Below, one piece after another: positions 19,656 to 30,596 of a stretch of DNA of 64,000 nucleotides. This DNA comes from Candidatus Saccharimonadota bacterium (lineage in GTDB: Bacteria > Patescibacteriota > Saccharimonadia > Saccharimonadales > JAICHO01). Position 1 is the stretch's first letter. Each line of letters begins with the position of its first letter. The position numbers and the translations under genes were made by a program. Under the pieces are notes generated by a model. It ran no database searches. It was given only the letters and a program-made list of their open reading frames with translations, and had not been told where the DNA came from. The stretch spans positions 2,553 to 66,552 of the forward strand of contig JAICHO010000001.1 in assembly GCA_025924835.1 (NCBI GenBank). Reading direction: 5' to 3'.

Positions 19656-22322
19656 TTATAGTTCGCCCCAGTTTTTACCTATTGATGTATCCACGTCTAG
19701 TTTTACGGGGAGCTTGTAGATATTTTCCATGGTTTCTTTTAGCATGGCAGCCATGCTCTCCGCTTCCTGTTCCGAACACTCCACCATGATGGAGTCGTGG
19801 ATTTGAAGCAGCTGCATGCATTCAGTACCCGCGATCTTCTTATCAACGGCGATCATAGCCATTTTCATCAGATCGGCTTCTGTTCCCTGGATCGGCATGT
19901 TTATAGCGGCGCGTTCGGCAGCTTGGCGGACCATAAAGTTGGACGAATGTATATCAGGAGTCGGCCGGCGGCGGCCGAACAGTGTTTCGACATAACCATC
20001 GGTGCGCGCCTTTTCCTTAAGGTGGTTCATATAATCCAGCAGCGGCTTGCGCAGTTCAAAATATTTATCAATGAAACTTTTGGCTGCGTCATACGTCATG
20101 CCCGTTGCAATACTAAGGCCATGGGGGCTCATGCCATAAATGATGCCGAAGTTTACCACTTTTGCTTCCCGACGCATATTTTTGGTTACCTCTTCGGGGT
20201 CCCGGCCATAAACCTGGGCGGCGGTCATAGTATGGATATCCGCCCCATCGTTAAACATATCTATCAGCTCTTTGTCGCCTGCCAAATAGGCCGCCAAGCG
20301 TAATTCAAACTGGGAGTAATCGGCACTAACAAATAACTTGCCGGGTCCGGCCACGAATGCCGTCCGGATCTGTTTGCCCAGTTCAGTGCGGACGGGGATG
20401 TTTTGCAGATTGGGGTCCGTAGAGCTTAGTCGGCCGGTTTGAGCGATGGTGAGGTTAAAAGTTGTGTGCAAGCGCGAATTTTCATCGATTAACAACGGCA
20501 ATGTGTCAACATAGGTATTCTTGAGCTTCATAACCTCGCGGTACTGGCTAATGAAGTCAACGATGGGGTGCGCCTCACGCAGCTTTAACAGTTCGCTGGC
20601 AGCCGTTGAGTAACCGGTTTTGCCTTTCTTGATTCCTGTGGCAGGTAGTTTCATTTTGACGAACAACACATCGGCCAGTTGCGAGGGGCTGCCGATGTTA
20701 AATTCCTGGTCGGCATAGCCGTAAATTTGTTGCTCAAGGTCGGAAACGGCGTCATTTAATTTCTCCGCCATTAAATGCAAGTATTCGGTATCCAGCTGAA
20801 TACCCTCGTACTCCATACGGGCCAGCACCGGGATAACTGGCCATTCGATCTGCTCCGCCAACTTGCGTACTTTGGGCATTTTGTCCAAGCCACCGATCTG
20901 CTGCGAGTAAAGGGCGCTAATTATGGCGATAATTTCCGCCTCCGAACCAATCATTTCCTCCGGAGTAAGGTTCTCGAAGCTATGGCCATCGTAGCCCAAA
21001 TCGGCGACAGCTAATTCCGTAAGCGCCTGTTCCCGGCGTAACGAATTAAGTAAAAAGGCACCTATCAAAACGTCATGGCCAACGCGCGGCAGGTCAATGC
21101 CCAGCCCAAGCAAGGCTTTAAGCGATGATTTAACATCGTATCCGATCAGTCTGGTATCAGCCGACAAAATATCTTTCAGTTTTTCGGCGACACGCGTCTG
21201 GTCTAGTGCCGCGAGGTCCAATGTGTACACGGTTTTGTTGTCACTACTTAATGCCAATACAAGCGGATTACGGCCATGTTTGCCAGCCGCAAAGCTGTGC
21301 ACATAAAGTTGTTCAGCGTCTCGGATTTTTACTTCTGACAACTTTTGAGGAGTGTTAACGTACACACTTTTACCTACATCAACGGTGCTATGCTCACCTG
21401 CTGACTGTGATTCAGTAGCTTCTGGGACACGCATGACATCCGGCAGTTGACGGACTAAGGTGCGGAATTCGTACTTTTGCAAAATATCCCTGACCTTGGC
21501 GGGATCGCAGAGACGTCCATCTACTTCCTCCAGGTTCAGCTTCAGCGGCGCGTCTGTCCAAATGGCGGCTAATTTTTTGCTCAGGTAAGCCAGGTCTTTG
21601 CCGGCTTCCAGTTTCTTGCGCATACTGTCTTTGATCAATACCAAATTGTCATAGACCCCGTCCAGCGTTTCGTATTGTTTTAGGAGCTCAAGGGCACCCT
21701 TTTCGCCGATTCCAGGTACGCCAGGAATATTATCGGAGCTGTCGCCTTTAAGTGCCTTCATGTCCAAAAACTGCGTCGCTTTAATCCCATACTTGGCCTC
21801 AAAGCTTTTGGGACTATATAGTTCTATGTTGCTTAGGCCCGTTTTAAGGGCAAAAACGTGAATATGCGGGTCCACCAGCTGCAGCATGTCCAGGTCGGAG
21901 GTAATCAACATAGTTTCGATATCCTGTTTGGCCGCTTGGGTAGCCAGCGTACCCATAATGTCATCCGCCTCATAATCATCCAGCTCATACAGTGGCCAAC
22001 CAAACGCGCCTAACAGTTCATGCAGAATCGGAATTTGTTCATAAAAGTCGGGGGGCGGTGGTTTGCGGCCTGCCTTATACTCCGGGTACAGCTCCAAACG
22101 CTTACGAATGTTAGTCTTTGGCTTGTCCCAGGCTACAGCGACATAATCCGGCTTAAGCCGTTTAATAACTTCCAGCGCCATAGTTGCGAAGCCGTAAACA
22201 CCACCCGTGGGCGTACCGTCTTTAGTACTTAAACCCCCCATGGCAAAATAGCCGCGGTAAAAGACCGACTTGCCGTCAATAATGGCCAATTTCTTCTTGT
22301 TGGCCGGGATTACCTCGCTCAT
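19656..22322 (-). CDS. polA: DNA polymerase I
   Basis: 888 aa with a 5'-3' exonuclease N-terminus, 3'-5' exonuclease-like domain and polymerase motifs (RRAAKVVNFGIIYG, QIHDSIMVE). Confidence 0.95.
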   Translation of the reverse strand: MSEVIPANKKKLAIIDGKSVFYRGYFAMGGLSTKDGTPTGGVYGFATMALEVIKRLKPDYVAVAWDKPKTNIRKRLELYPEYKAGRKPPPPDFYEQIPILHELLGAFGWPLYELDDYEADDIMGTLATQAAKQDIETMLITSDLDMLQLVDPHIHVFALKTGLSNIELYSPKSFEAKYGIKATQFLDMKALKGDSSDNIPGVPGIGEKGALELLKQYETLDGVYDNLVLIKDSMRKKLEAGKDLAYLSKKLAAIWTDAPLKLNLEEVDGRLCDPAKVRDILQKYEFRTLVRQLPDVMRVPEATESQSAGEHSTVDVGKSVYVNTPQKLSEVKIRDAEQLYVHSFAAGKHGRNPLVLALSSDNKTVYTLDLAALDQTRVAEKLKDILSADTRLIGYDVKSSLKALLGLGIDLPRVGHDVLIGAFLLNSLRREQALTELAVADLGYDGHSFENLTPEEMIGSEAEIIAIISALYSQQIGGLDKMPKVRKLAEQIEWPVIPVLARMEYEGIQLDTEYLHLMAEKLNDAVSDLEQQIYGYADQEFNIGSPSQLADVLFVKMKLPATGIKKGKTGYSTAASELLKLREAHPIVDFISQYREVMKLKNTYVDTLPLLIDENSRLHTTFNLTIAQTGRLSSTDPNLQNIPVRTELGKQIRTAFVAGPGKLFVSADYSQFELRLAAYLAGDKELIDMFNDGADIHTMTAAQVYGRDPEEVTKNMRREAKVVNFGIIYGMSPHGLSIATGMTYDAAKSFIDKYFELRKPLLDYMNHLKEKARTDGYVETLFGRRRPTPDIHSSNFMVRQAAERAAINMPIQGTEADLMKMAMIAVDKKIAGTECMQLLQIHDSIMVECSEQEAESMAAMLKETMENIYKLPVKLDVDTSIGKNWGEL

Positions 22323-22364
22323 AGGTATGAGTATACACTTTGGCCTATCTGTGAGCCACCGTAA

Positions 22365-23039
22365 CTAGGTGCTCGCGACTTCGTCATTGAATGGCACAAA
22401 CTCAATCTGCAATTCGTGTCCTACGACCGCGGCCGCGGTTCCAATGCGATATAAAGCGTGCATGGCAGCTGTCGGCGCGGTTTCAAGTAAATCAGACAGC
22501 CCTCCCGGAGCAGCCATGTCCACGAACCCGGCGATAATCCTGACAAAAGTGTGTGGTTTCATCCCCAGCAGTGCCACCCTTTCCTTGGCAGCTTCATCCC
22601 AATTGGATGCTATGTCACTACCAGCCCTTAAAAGAGATGGATCCAATACACTGTGCATCAAGTCTACGGCTCTACGGCCTATATCATGAATAGTCCTAAT
22701 GGCCACCTCGCGCGGGCTGTCCTTAAGTTCTGTCCTGGGGACTAACGCGGCTTTCAGCCGCCGATCAGCCAGTGCCGCGCATTGGGCTGCTCTTAAGGGG
22801 AACTTCCAATTGTCAGCATAGGGTACCGAACCCACGGATGTATAAGACAGCATCCTTAGTGCCTTATCAACACTTATGGGTACAATTTCCCAATACTCAG
22901 CAATGCGTGGAGCAACAACATCTTGTGGGTGGCCTGCGATTAAATCCTGCAGCCTTGGAATAATGGCACCATCAGCACCAATAAATTCCTGGTAGATACC
23001 TCTACCTAAATTGCTTGCCGTCTTGCTGTAATCCGTCAT
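22365..23039 (-). CDS. hypothetical protein (224 aa)
   Basis: ORF only. Confidence 0.5.
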   Translation of the reverse strand: MTDYSKTASNLGRGIYQEFIGADGAIIPRLQDLIAGHPQDVVAPRIAEYWEIVPISVDKALRMLSYTSVGSVPYADNWKFPLRAAQCAALADRRLKAALVPRTELKDSPREVAIRTIHDIGRRAVDLMHSVLDPSLLRAGSDIASNWDEAAKERVALLGMKPHTFVRIIAGFVDMAAPGGLSDLLETAPTAAMHALYRIGTAAAVVGHELQIEFVPFNDEVAST

Positions 23040-23145
23040 TTATTTATTTTATCAATGTATTTGTGCTGGTGGCAACTATAAGCTTTATGTAAATTTTGGT
23101 TTGAGTCTCGGCGCGCCGTGGCAGTAGCGTATACTTATAGTTAAT

Positions 23146-25953
23146 ATGGGTGGCGACAAACAGTTGGCTTATTATAGGCAGGATGGCAAAGCCGTACTGA
23201 ATCAGCTCGGCTCGGATTTAAAACTGGGCCTGCGCAGTCAGGAAGCCGCTGACAGGCTGAAGCAGTACGGACCCAATAAGCTGGAAGAGCTCAGCCGCGA
23301 GTCCTTGCCACGTAAATATTTGCGCCAGTATAAAGATCTTATGATACTGCTGCTTTTAGCCAGCGCTATTATCAGTGCCCTGTTACGTGACGGCCAAACG
23401 GCAGCGGTCCTTTTGGCACTGGTTCTATTCAATACTATTATCGGCTTCAGCCAGGAGTTTAAGGCCGAAAAGCTAATGGAAAGCTTGGAAAAGCTAGTAG
23501 TTACCGAAGCCAAAGCCATCCGCGGGGGCGAGCTGGCTACCATTGCCGCCGCCGATTTGGTCCCAGGTGATATTGTCTATATAGAAGAGGGCGATAGCGT
23601 CCCGGCTGATCTGCGCGTCATCAGCGAGTCAGAGCTAAGTAGTAACGACTTTGCCCTCACCGGCGAAAGTAACCCCTCGCGTAAGTTTACCCATGCCATA
23701 AGTGACAGCGTGGAACTCGCCAACCGTCATAATTTAGTGTTCATGAGCACCACCATTGCCACTGGTCATGGCTATGGGATTGTTATCGCCACGGGCATGC
23801 AAACAGAACTAGGGCGAATAGCGTCTTTAAGCGCTGATACGTCAGCCGATCTCAGCCCTTTGCAGCGTGAACTCAATCATATTGCCGGCCGGGTGACCCA
23901 GGGAACAGTTATACTTTGCGCCATTCTGCTGCCAGGTATTATCTACCTTGGGATGGGAGTTAAATATGCCTTTTTATACGCCATTGCCATTGCCAGTTCA
24001 ATTATTCCCCAGGGCCTACCGGCCGAAATTAATACCGGTCTGGCACGGGCAGCCGGTAAATTAGCGCGGGCCCGAGCCCTAGTCAAAAAGCTGTCCGCCG
24101 TCGAAACCCTAGGCGCTACAACTGTTATCTGTACAGATAAGACCGGGACGCTTACCAAAAATCAGATGACGGTAGAGCGGCTATTGATTGGCCATAGCGT
24201 ATATGACGTTACCGGCACCGGTTACGAACCGATTGGTGAGATCAAAAATCGTCATGGCAAAACAGTTGCGGCAAATGATCTCAAGGAGCTTGCCCTCTTC
24301 TTTGCCTGCGGCGTCATGGCCAGCAACGCCCGTGTCTGCGGACCGGACGACGAGCACGCTACCTGGTATACCATAGGTGATCCCACTGAAGGGGCGCTGG
24401 TGACATTGGCCCAAAAAGGCGGCATAGATACCATCCACACCGATGACAATTCCCCCGAGCTCAAAGAGTTTGCGTTTGATTCAGCCCGTAAGCGCATGAG
24501 CTCGATCAGAAGCTACGGCCCGCAAAACAAACTATACGTCTTCGTCAAAGGCGCACCGGAAAATATTCTGCACCGGTGCGATGATATTTGGGACGGCGGA
24601 CACGTGCGGTCCATTACCCAAAAAGACCGTGACATGATAGACCGGGAAAATCATGCGTGGGCTACCCAGGCTTCCCGCAATCTCGGTTACGCTTTTAAGG
24701 TTTTGCCAAAAGGGACCAATCCCAAAAAACTGAGCATGGAAGAAGCCGAAAGCGGCCTAACCTGGTTGGGCATGGTTGGTATGGTCGATCCTTTGCGGGA
24801 GGAAGTGCCAGGCGCTATGGCGGCGGCCCACCGGGCGCATATCAAAGTATCCATAGTTACCGGGGACTTCGCCGTTACGGCCGAGGCAATTGCACGCAAG
24901 GCCGGTTTGGCCAAAAAAGGCCAGGATATTATTGTCGTTAGCGGCGAAGAATTAAGACAGCTGGATGATGCGCGGGTGTTGCGACTGGCGACCCGTGGCG
25001 GTGTTATTTTTAGCCGTGTTAGCCCGGAGGATAAATTACGCATCGTAGACCTGGTAAAAGCCCATGACAACGTCGTAGCCGTCACCGGGGACGGCATCAA
25101 TGATGCGCCGGCGCTAAAACGGGCGGATATAGGCGTAGCTATGGGCAAAACCGGTACGGACGTCGCGAAACAATCAGCCGAAATAGTACTATTGGATGAT
25201 AGCTTTTCTACGCTTATCAACGCCGTTCAGCAAGGCCGAGTAATTTTTCAGAATATCAAAAAAAGTACGCTTAGTTGTTTTACCAGCAACTCGGCCGAAC
25301 TGGTGGTAAACCTGGTCAGTCTGGCAGCCTTCGCCCTGTTTAAGGTGCCGCTGGCCATGAGTGTTATGGAAATATTAGCGATAGATATGATTGCCGAGCT
25401 GTTCCCCATTGCAGCGCTGGGCTGGGACCAAGCCGATGGCGAGTTAATGCATGACAAGCCCCGTAGTACGCACGACCATATTTTAAATTCTGCCACCATC
25501 GGTGATTTGTTGTGGTGCGGATTGCTGATTGGCGGCTTGGCATTTGCCAATTTTATTTTATTTTTCTGGCGACACGACTTGCCTGCCGCTCGGGCCGTTG
25601 CAACCAATCCGGCGCTTTATATGAAAGCGACTGCCCTAACCTACTTAACTATCGTGCTGTGCCAGCTGCTCAACATTTTGCAGCGCCGGTCCCGCCGTGG
25701 GCTGTTTACCCGCTACCAGTTCCACAATAGGGCCTTATTAATAGCCATGACATTTTCCCTGGTGTGTGTACTAAATATTATTTATAATCCGTACCTTAAT
25801 GTATATTTTGGTGCCGGCCCCTTGCAGTTAACCGACTGGCTGTACGCTATAGGTGCGGCCGCAATCTTCATAGCCATTCGTGAACTCCAACGCTACGCCA
25901 ACACTCACCACTCCCGCGACCAAGTGCTGGAATTGTTAGGCCAACAAAGCTAA
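23146..25953 (+). CDS. cation-transporting P-type ATPase (type II, Ca2+/Mg2+-like)
   Basis: Phosphorylation site ICTDKTGTLT, hinge TGDGINDAPALK, cation-ATPase N-terminal domain and about 10 TM helices. Confidence 0.93.
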   Translation: MGGDKQLAYYRQDGKAVLNQLGSDLKLGLRSQEAADRLKQYGPNKLEELSRESLPRKYLRQYKDLMILLLLASAIISALLRDGQTAAVLLALVLFNTIIGFSQEFKAEKLMESLEKLVVTEAKAIRGGELATIAAADLVPGDIVYIEEGDSVPADLRVISESELSSNDFALTGESNPSRKFTHAISDSVELANRHNLVFMSTTIATGHGYGIVIATGMQTELGRIASLSADTSADLSPLQRELNHIAGRVTQGTVILCAILLPGIIYLGMGVKYAFLYAIAIASSIIPQGLPAEINTGLARAAGKLARARALVKKLSAVETLGATTVICTDKTGTLTKNQMTVERLLIGHSVYDVTGTGYEPIGEIKNRHGKTVAANDLKELALFFACGVMASNARVCGPDDEHATWYTIGDPTEGALVTLAQKGGIDTIHTDDNSPELKEFAFDSARKRMSSIRSYGPQNKLYVFVKGAPENILHRCDDIWDGGHVRSITQKDRDMIDRENHAWATQASRNLGYAFKVLPKGTNPKKLSMEEAESGLTWLGMVGMVDPLREEVPGAMAAAHRAHIKVSIVTGDFAVTAEAIARKAGLAKKGQDIIVVSGEELRQLDDARVLRLATRGGVIFSRVSPEDKLRIVDLVKAHDNVVAVTGDGINDAPALKRADIGVAMGKTGTDVAKQSAEIVLLDDSFSTLINAVQQGRVIFQNIKKSTLSCFTSNSAELVVNLVSLAAFALFKVPLAMSVMEILAIDMIAELFPIAALGWDQADGELMHDKPRSTHDHILNSATIGDLLWCGLLIGGLAFANFILFFWRHDLPAARAVATNPALYMKATALTYLTIVLCQLLNILQRRSRRGLFTRYQFHNRALLIAMTFSLVCVLNIIYNPYLNVYFGAGPLQLTDWLYAIGAAAIFIAIRELQRYANTHHSRDQVLELLGQQS

Positions 25954-26927
25954 GTTTGTAGTTCGGATTTGAGCTTCTGCAACTTATCAAAATAGATAAT
26001 GCGCAGCTCACTCGGCAGCTGATTTATCGGACTCTCTGCGGGAATATTTGGAGCACCGGTATTCCTAAGGGTTTCGCGACCATACATACCAACTCTAAAG
26101 TTCCGTCCCGCCCTTAAACTAGCGCGCACCGTATCGATAGCTCGCGAGGCATACGTGCTACTTGTATTGAAGCCTATGCTGCCTGTCTCGTCTCCGGTTG
26201 CGCTCAGTACTTCTGATATAAATAGCATCATTGCGGCACTGTCAGGACGATTTTCCGGTTTGCGTTTGGGTTGACCGGTTTGCTCATCAATACCTTCAAC
26301 CCAATCATTATCAATTCTGGCCAGCAATACGGGTATGCCATCAATTGAACCAATCTTTACTAACTGTCCGGTAGCTTCAGCTACCAGCTGGTGATTATTA
26401 TGGATATCATATCCAAATGGTTGTATTTCATCGGCTTCATCTGCGACAAAACCTTCTTGCAGCTCCGCTAGCTGGCGCACCATTTCATATTCATCTGACG
26501 GTGCTATACCGTATTTAGTATCTAGGTACCCTAACTCATCAGGCCCTAGTTTCCGGCCGGGCCAGCCGCACATAACAATACTTCTCGTGCCCGGACCTTT
26601 TGATATAGCAAGTTGGGCTTCAACTTTCCAGGGCTTACCACCTTCTTGTACTTGATGCTCTGCATTACTTGGAATGTCCAAATGACCTCCCAGGCCAAAT
26701 CGGCCGGCAATCTCACGAAGCGACTGCTCCTGCTCGACAGTTAAGGCAAGCCCCAAGGTATCGTCTCTGGCAACGCCTTCTTCGTGCATAGTACGCTCTT
26801 GAAGCGCGACCGCTGGATCCGTATTACGGTCACCTGTAAGTACCTCAATCGCGTCGCCTATCCATTCTTCGCGAACTGCTATATATGTCTCAATGCCGTC
26901 GCGGACATTTTCGTAACTCCCTGACAT
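25950..26927 (-). CDS. hypothetical acidic protein (325 aa)
   Basis: ORF only; no TM helix and no recognisable motif. Confidence 0.5.
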   Translation of the reverse strand: MSGSYENVRDGIETYIAVREEWIGDAIEVLTGDRNTDPAVALQERTMHEEGVARDDTLGLALTVEQEQSLREIAGRFGLGGHLDIPSNAEHQVQEGGKPWKVEAQLAISKGPGTRSIVMCGWPGRKLGPDELGYLDTKYGIAPSDEYEMVRQLAELQEGFVADEADEIQPFGYDIHNNHQLVAEATGQLVKIGSIDGIPVLLARIDNDWVEGIDEQTGQPKRKPENRPDSAAMMLFISEVLSATGDETGSIGFNTSSTYASRAIDTVRASLRAGRNFRVGMYGRETLRNTGAPNIPAESPINQLPSELRIIYFDKLQKLKSELQT

Positions 26928-26975
26928 ACTGCTCCTTCATTAAGGAGTATATTATACCATATCTGTCAATTTGTG

Positions 26976-28073
26976 TTAAGTCGTACGTGTTGTTATGTAC
27001 TCGGCTAGGCCGCGTAAAAATTGTGTGCCCTCGGGTGCCCAGTGACCAGATCCGGCGCTTAATGAACTAATTGCTTGACGGGCATATTTTTTAGCGGCAC
27101 TTTTAGCGTGCTTTAATGCTCCCACGCTTATTAGTATGTCTTTGCAGCGTTCAAATTCAGCTGTGGTTATATCCTGATTACCCAGCATTTTATGTAGAAA
27201 ACTTGCGTCCACAGTTACAGCGTTCTCAAGAGCATATACCGTTAAAATAGTACGTTTGCCGTCCCGTATATCATCTATGGAACCGTCCAGACCGAAGGTA
27301 TCGGAAATATCGTCAGAAATCTGGTAGGCTTTGCCGATATTGATGGCGTAATCCGTGATCGCGTCGGTAGCATGGCAATCAGCGCCAGCCAGCACCATTC
27401 CAACATGAAGCGGATTTAAAAAGCTGTACTGTGATGTTTTCCAGGCCATAACTTTTTCTATATCCTCCATACCAATGGAGTCGACAGCTTCGTGCATGAT
27501 GTCGCTGGTTTGGCCATGAGCGGTAATTACCATGGTGCGATTAATGATTGATGACGCATTGAGACGCAAGTGTTCAGGCGCGTCAATGTTAGCCAGGATC
27601 ATTTGGGCGGCATGAGCCCCCGACAAGGCAGCGTTAAGCGCTATTGAGACTCCAAAGTGCCCGCTATCCCCTGCCAAATGATGTTGTTGGTGATAATCAC
27701 GCAGTACGACGTGGGCCGCCAGCCCCCCGCGGCGCACTACCGAACGGTCTTGTATGTCATCAATGATTAAAATGTAAGCGTGCAGCATTTCTATTGCCCG
27801 GGCTGCCTGTAGGATCATTTGCTGTTTTTGGCCACCGCACATTTGATAACCCACCATTGTCAAAGCACCCCGAACGCGCTTACCACCGCGGGATAAAATG
27901 TCCAAAAAGACATCTATCTCCAATCGCGCGTCAGTTCCGTACTGCTGCAGCGTAACGTCCTTAATGTGTTTACTGTACGTGGCAATATCGGCGTCAATGC
28001 TGTCTTTGCAAGCTTTTAATTTAGTCTCAAAGGCTTCAGTATCAGAACGATCCGCGGTTTTATTTGTAGGCAT
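26976..28073 (-). CDS. polyprenyl diphosphate synthase (trans-isoprenyl diphosphate synthase family)
   Basis: First Asp-rich motif IIDDIQD and second Asp-rich motif ISDDISD. Confidence 0.85.
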   Translation of the reverse strand: MPTNKTADRSDTEAFETKLKACKDSIDADIATYSKHIKDVTLQQYGTDARLEIDVFLDILSRGGKRVRGALTMVGYQMCGGQKQQMILQAARAIEMLHAYILIIDDIQDRSVVRRGGLAAHVVLRDYHQQHHLAGDSGHFGVSIALNAALSGAHAAQMILANIDAPEHLRLNASSIINRTMVITAHGQTSDIMHEAVDSIGMEDIEKVMAWKTSQYSFLNPLHVGMVLAGADCHATDAITDYAINIGKAYQISDDISDTFGLDGSIDDIRDGKRTILTVYALENAVTVDASFLHKMLGNQDITTAEFERCKDILISVGALKHAKSAAKKYARQAISSLSAGSGHWAPEGTQFLRGLAEYITTRTT

Positions 28074-28123
28074 AGCAGGTCTAAATTATACGCTGTTAAC
28101 ACTTTTTTAGTACAATACCCTCT

Positions 28124-28690
28124 ATGGATGAACAAAAAGTTATAGCATTTGTCGGCATGCCCGGATCTGGTAAAGGCACCTGCACAAGTTATCTGCACGA
28201 AAAGTACGGCTGGCCGGTTGTTCATCTTGGTAATATGTTGTATGAAGAGGTCCAAAGGCGCGGCCTGGACAATGTCAAAGACGAAACCTTTGTCCAAAAA
28301 GACTTACGTGACAAAGAAGGCCCAGCCGTGCTGGCCAAGCATGCTCTCAAGAAAGCCCGGGGCTATTTTGAAGCTGGCAATCCAGTGGTGGTGCTGGACG
28401 GCTTATACATGTGGTCCGAATATAAATACCTGGACCAAGAGTTAGGCGGCAACTTAACCGTTATTGCCATAACCGCCCCTAAAAAATTACGGCGCCAACG
28501 AGTCCTGGACCGTAAAGACAGCCATCGGCAATATACGTTGGAACAATTGATTAAACGTGAAATCGGCGAAATAGAAAACATAGAAAAAGGCGGGCCCATC
28601 GCCTATGCCGATTACACCGTCGTTAACGACGCCACCCCCGAAGAGCTGCGAGCGCAGTTAGATAAAATCATGGCCGATTTGCATTTATAA
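28124..28690 (+). CDS. P-loop nucleotide/nucleoside kinase-like protein (adenylate/dNMP/dephospho-CoA kinase fold)
   Basis: Walker A GMPGSGKGT within the first 20 residues; 188 aa. Confidence 0.6.
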   Translation: MDEQKVIAFVGMPGSGKGTCTSYLHEKYGWPVVHLGNMLYEEVQRRGLDNVKDETFVQKDLRDKEGPAVLAKHALKKARGYFEAGNPVVVLDGLYMWSEYKYLDQELGGNLTVIAITAPKKLRRQRVLDRKDSHRQYTLEQLIKREIGEIENIEKGGPIAYADYTVVNDATPEELRAQLDKIMADLHL

Positions 28691-28732
28691 CATTGTAAAT
28701 AGCAGAAGACTTGATATTATTATCTAACTATT

Positions 28733-29464
28733 ATGAGTGACCTCGGCTTAGAAGTGCCCCGCGGGAGTTTGGGCATAGCAGATACTGTGCAATGCATGGA
28801 ACCAGTCCCACAATCCATGCATGTGGCTAACGTTGCCTTAGCGGCTGCAGTGGCCGGCATTGAACTTATCATATCTGACAATAGTCCTGCCCCGACCCTC
28901 TCTGCGATGCATCACACGGCCGATGGAGCTGCACCATTCCCGCGCAGGCGCTGGCTTGCACGCCCAGGCACACTGACGACCGCTTCTGGCATGGAACTTA
29001 AAAGCAGGCTAGAATTTGTCCGCCGCGATAGGCCTAATCGTAATTTACCAACTGCATTAGACGACGCGCTGCTGAGCCACGACCATGCTGGCTTTAGTGT
29101 AGCCTTCTCCAAAGTTACGCTTGAACGGCCATCACCCGTTATTGATACCGTGAGGACAATCGTGGGTATCCAGATGGATCATGCGCCCCACCATAGACAG
29201 CCTGAGGTTGAATTTATCAATGGTGGCGCCGGCCCTGTGGCTTTTAGCGGTCTACTGCTATTATTGAGGTCTGTAAGCCGCTCGCGGGTTGATTACTCGA
29301 TCCTAGAAGATTGGCTTACCCATATAGAGGTGATATCTCCTACGCAACCCTTTATAGATCACTTCTCATTTGATCAAAATCTAGGTACGCCGCCAGAAGT
29401 TGTTTTAAGAGCACAACAAAATTTTGCAGCTATTACAGAAGTTATCGACCGCGCAACTATTTAA
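28733..29464 (+). CDS. hypothetical protein of unusual His/Arg/Ala-rich composition
   Basis: Only long ORF in this interval, but its composition is atypical compared with its neighbours. Confidence 0.35.
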   Translation: MSDLGLEVPRGSLGIADTVQCMEPVPQSMHVANVALAAAVAGIELIISDNSPAPTLSAMHHTADGAAPFPRRRWLARPGTLTTASGMELKSRLEFVRRDRPNRNLPTALDDALLSHDHAGFSVAFSKVTLERPSPVIDTVRTIVGIQMDHAPHHRQPEVEFINGGAGPVAFSGLLLLLRSVSRSRVDYSILEDWLTHIEVISPTQPFIDHFSFDQNLGTPPEVVLRAQQNFAAITEVIDRATI

Positions 29465-30596
29465 TATAGTCGTGTAGCTTTTTAGCGTCTTTATGTTTGC
29501 GGAGTTTGGCGAGTGCTTTGGCCTCAATCTGGCGGATGCGTTCACGGGTCACCAAGAACTCCTGCCCCACTTCTTCCAGCGTGTGGCTTTTGCCATCTTC
29601 CAACCCAAAACGTAGTTTCAATATCTTTTGCTCGCGTTCCGTTAGCGCCCCCAACATATCTTTGACATGTTCTTTTAGCAGCTGGTTCGTAGCCGATTCT
29701 TCGGGGCTTACGGTGTCTTCGTCCTCAATAAAATCAGCCAAAACCGAGTCTTCTTCGTCGTCACGCACAGACGCGTCTAGACTGGAAATATCCTGTTTAA
29801 TCTTCATGATGTGTTCGACTTTTTCAACCTCAATCTCCATGGCCTTGGCAATTTCCTCATTGGACGGTTCGCGGTTAAGTTCTTGTGTCAGCCGACGCTG
29901 GGTACGCAGCAGTTTGTTGATGGTTTCTACCATGTGTACCGGTATGCGGATAGTACGCGCCTGATCAGCGATAGCCCGGGTAATTGCCTGTCTAATCCAC
30001 CAGGTCGCATAGGTAGAAAACTTAAAACCCTTATCCGGGTCAAACTTTTCAACAGCGCGCAGTAAGCCGGTATTTCCCTCCTGAATAAGGTCTAATAAAT
30101 CCAGACCGCGGCCCACATATCGTTTGGCGATAGATACGACTAAACGCATATTGGCTTCGGCCATTTTGTCCTTGGCACCCTTGTCGCCAGCGACCACTTG
30201 CTGGGCAAGGGCAAGCTCTTCCTGGGCGGTCAAAAGCGGGATTTTGCCAATTTCACGCAAATACAGACGGACCGAGTCATCGGCGATGTCATCCATGTAC
30301 ATTTTTTCGTCAATAACGATCTCTTCATCGTCCTCGGCTGTCCACTCGTCGCTGAGACCCGTCGCTGGCTCGGCGCCGCTAATAATAATACTGGCATCAG
30401 CCAGCTCAGTGTACAGCTGATCTAAAATATCCACGTGCTCCGGCGTATCCGCAATAGCGGCAAAGATATCACGCTGATCTATCTTGCCATCTTTTTTAGC
30501 TTTGGCGAACAGTTCGTCCTTGGTCTGCAACAGAGCTGGGTCAACCGCTTCGTCCGCAGCTGGTAGTGTCTTATCCTTATCTGCCATCTTAAACAA
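29457..30596 (-). CDS. rpoD: RNA polymerase sigma factor RpoD (sigma-70)
   Basis: Region 2 [24 protein letters not shown] and region 4 HTH; located downstream of dnaG. Confidence 0.95.
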   Translation of the reverse strand: MFKMADKDKTLPAADEAVDPALLQTKDELFAKAKKDGKIDQRDIFAAIADTPEHVDILDQLYTELADASIIISGAEPATGLSDEWTAEDDEEIVIDEKMYMDDIADDSVRLYLREIGKIPLLTAQEELALAQQVVAGDKGAKDKMAEANMRLVVSIAKRYVGRGLDLLDLIQEGNTGLLRAVEKFDPDKGFKFSTYATWWIRQAITRAIADQARTIRIPVHMVETINKLLRTQRRLTQELNREPSNEEIAKAMEIEVEKVEHIMKIKQDISSLDASVRDDEEDSVLADFIEDEDTVSPEESATNQLLKEHVKDMLGALTEREQKILKLRFGLEDGKSHTLEEVGQEFLVTRERIRQIEAKALAKLRKHKDAKKLHDYIK

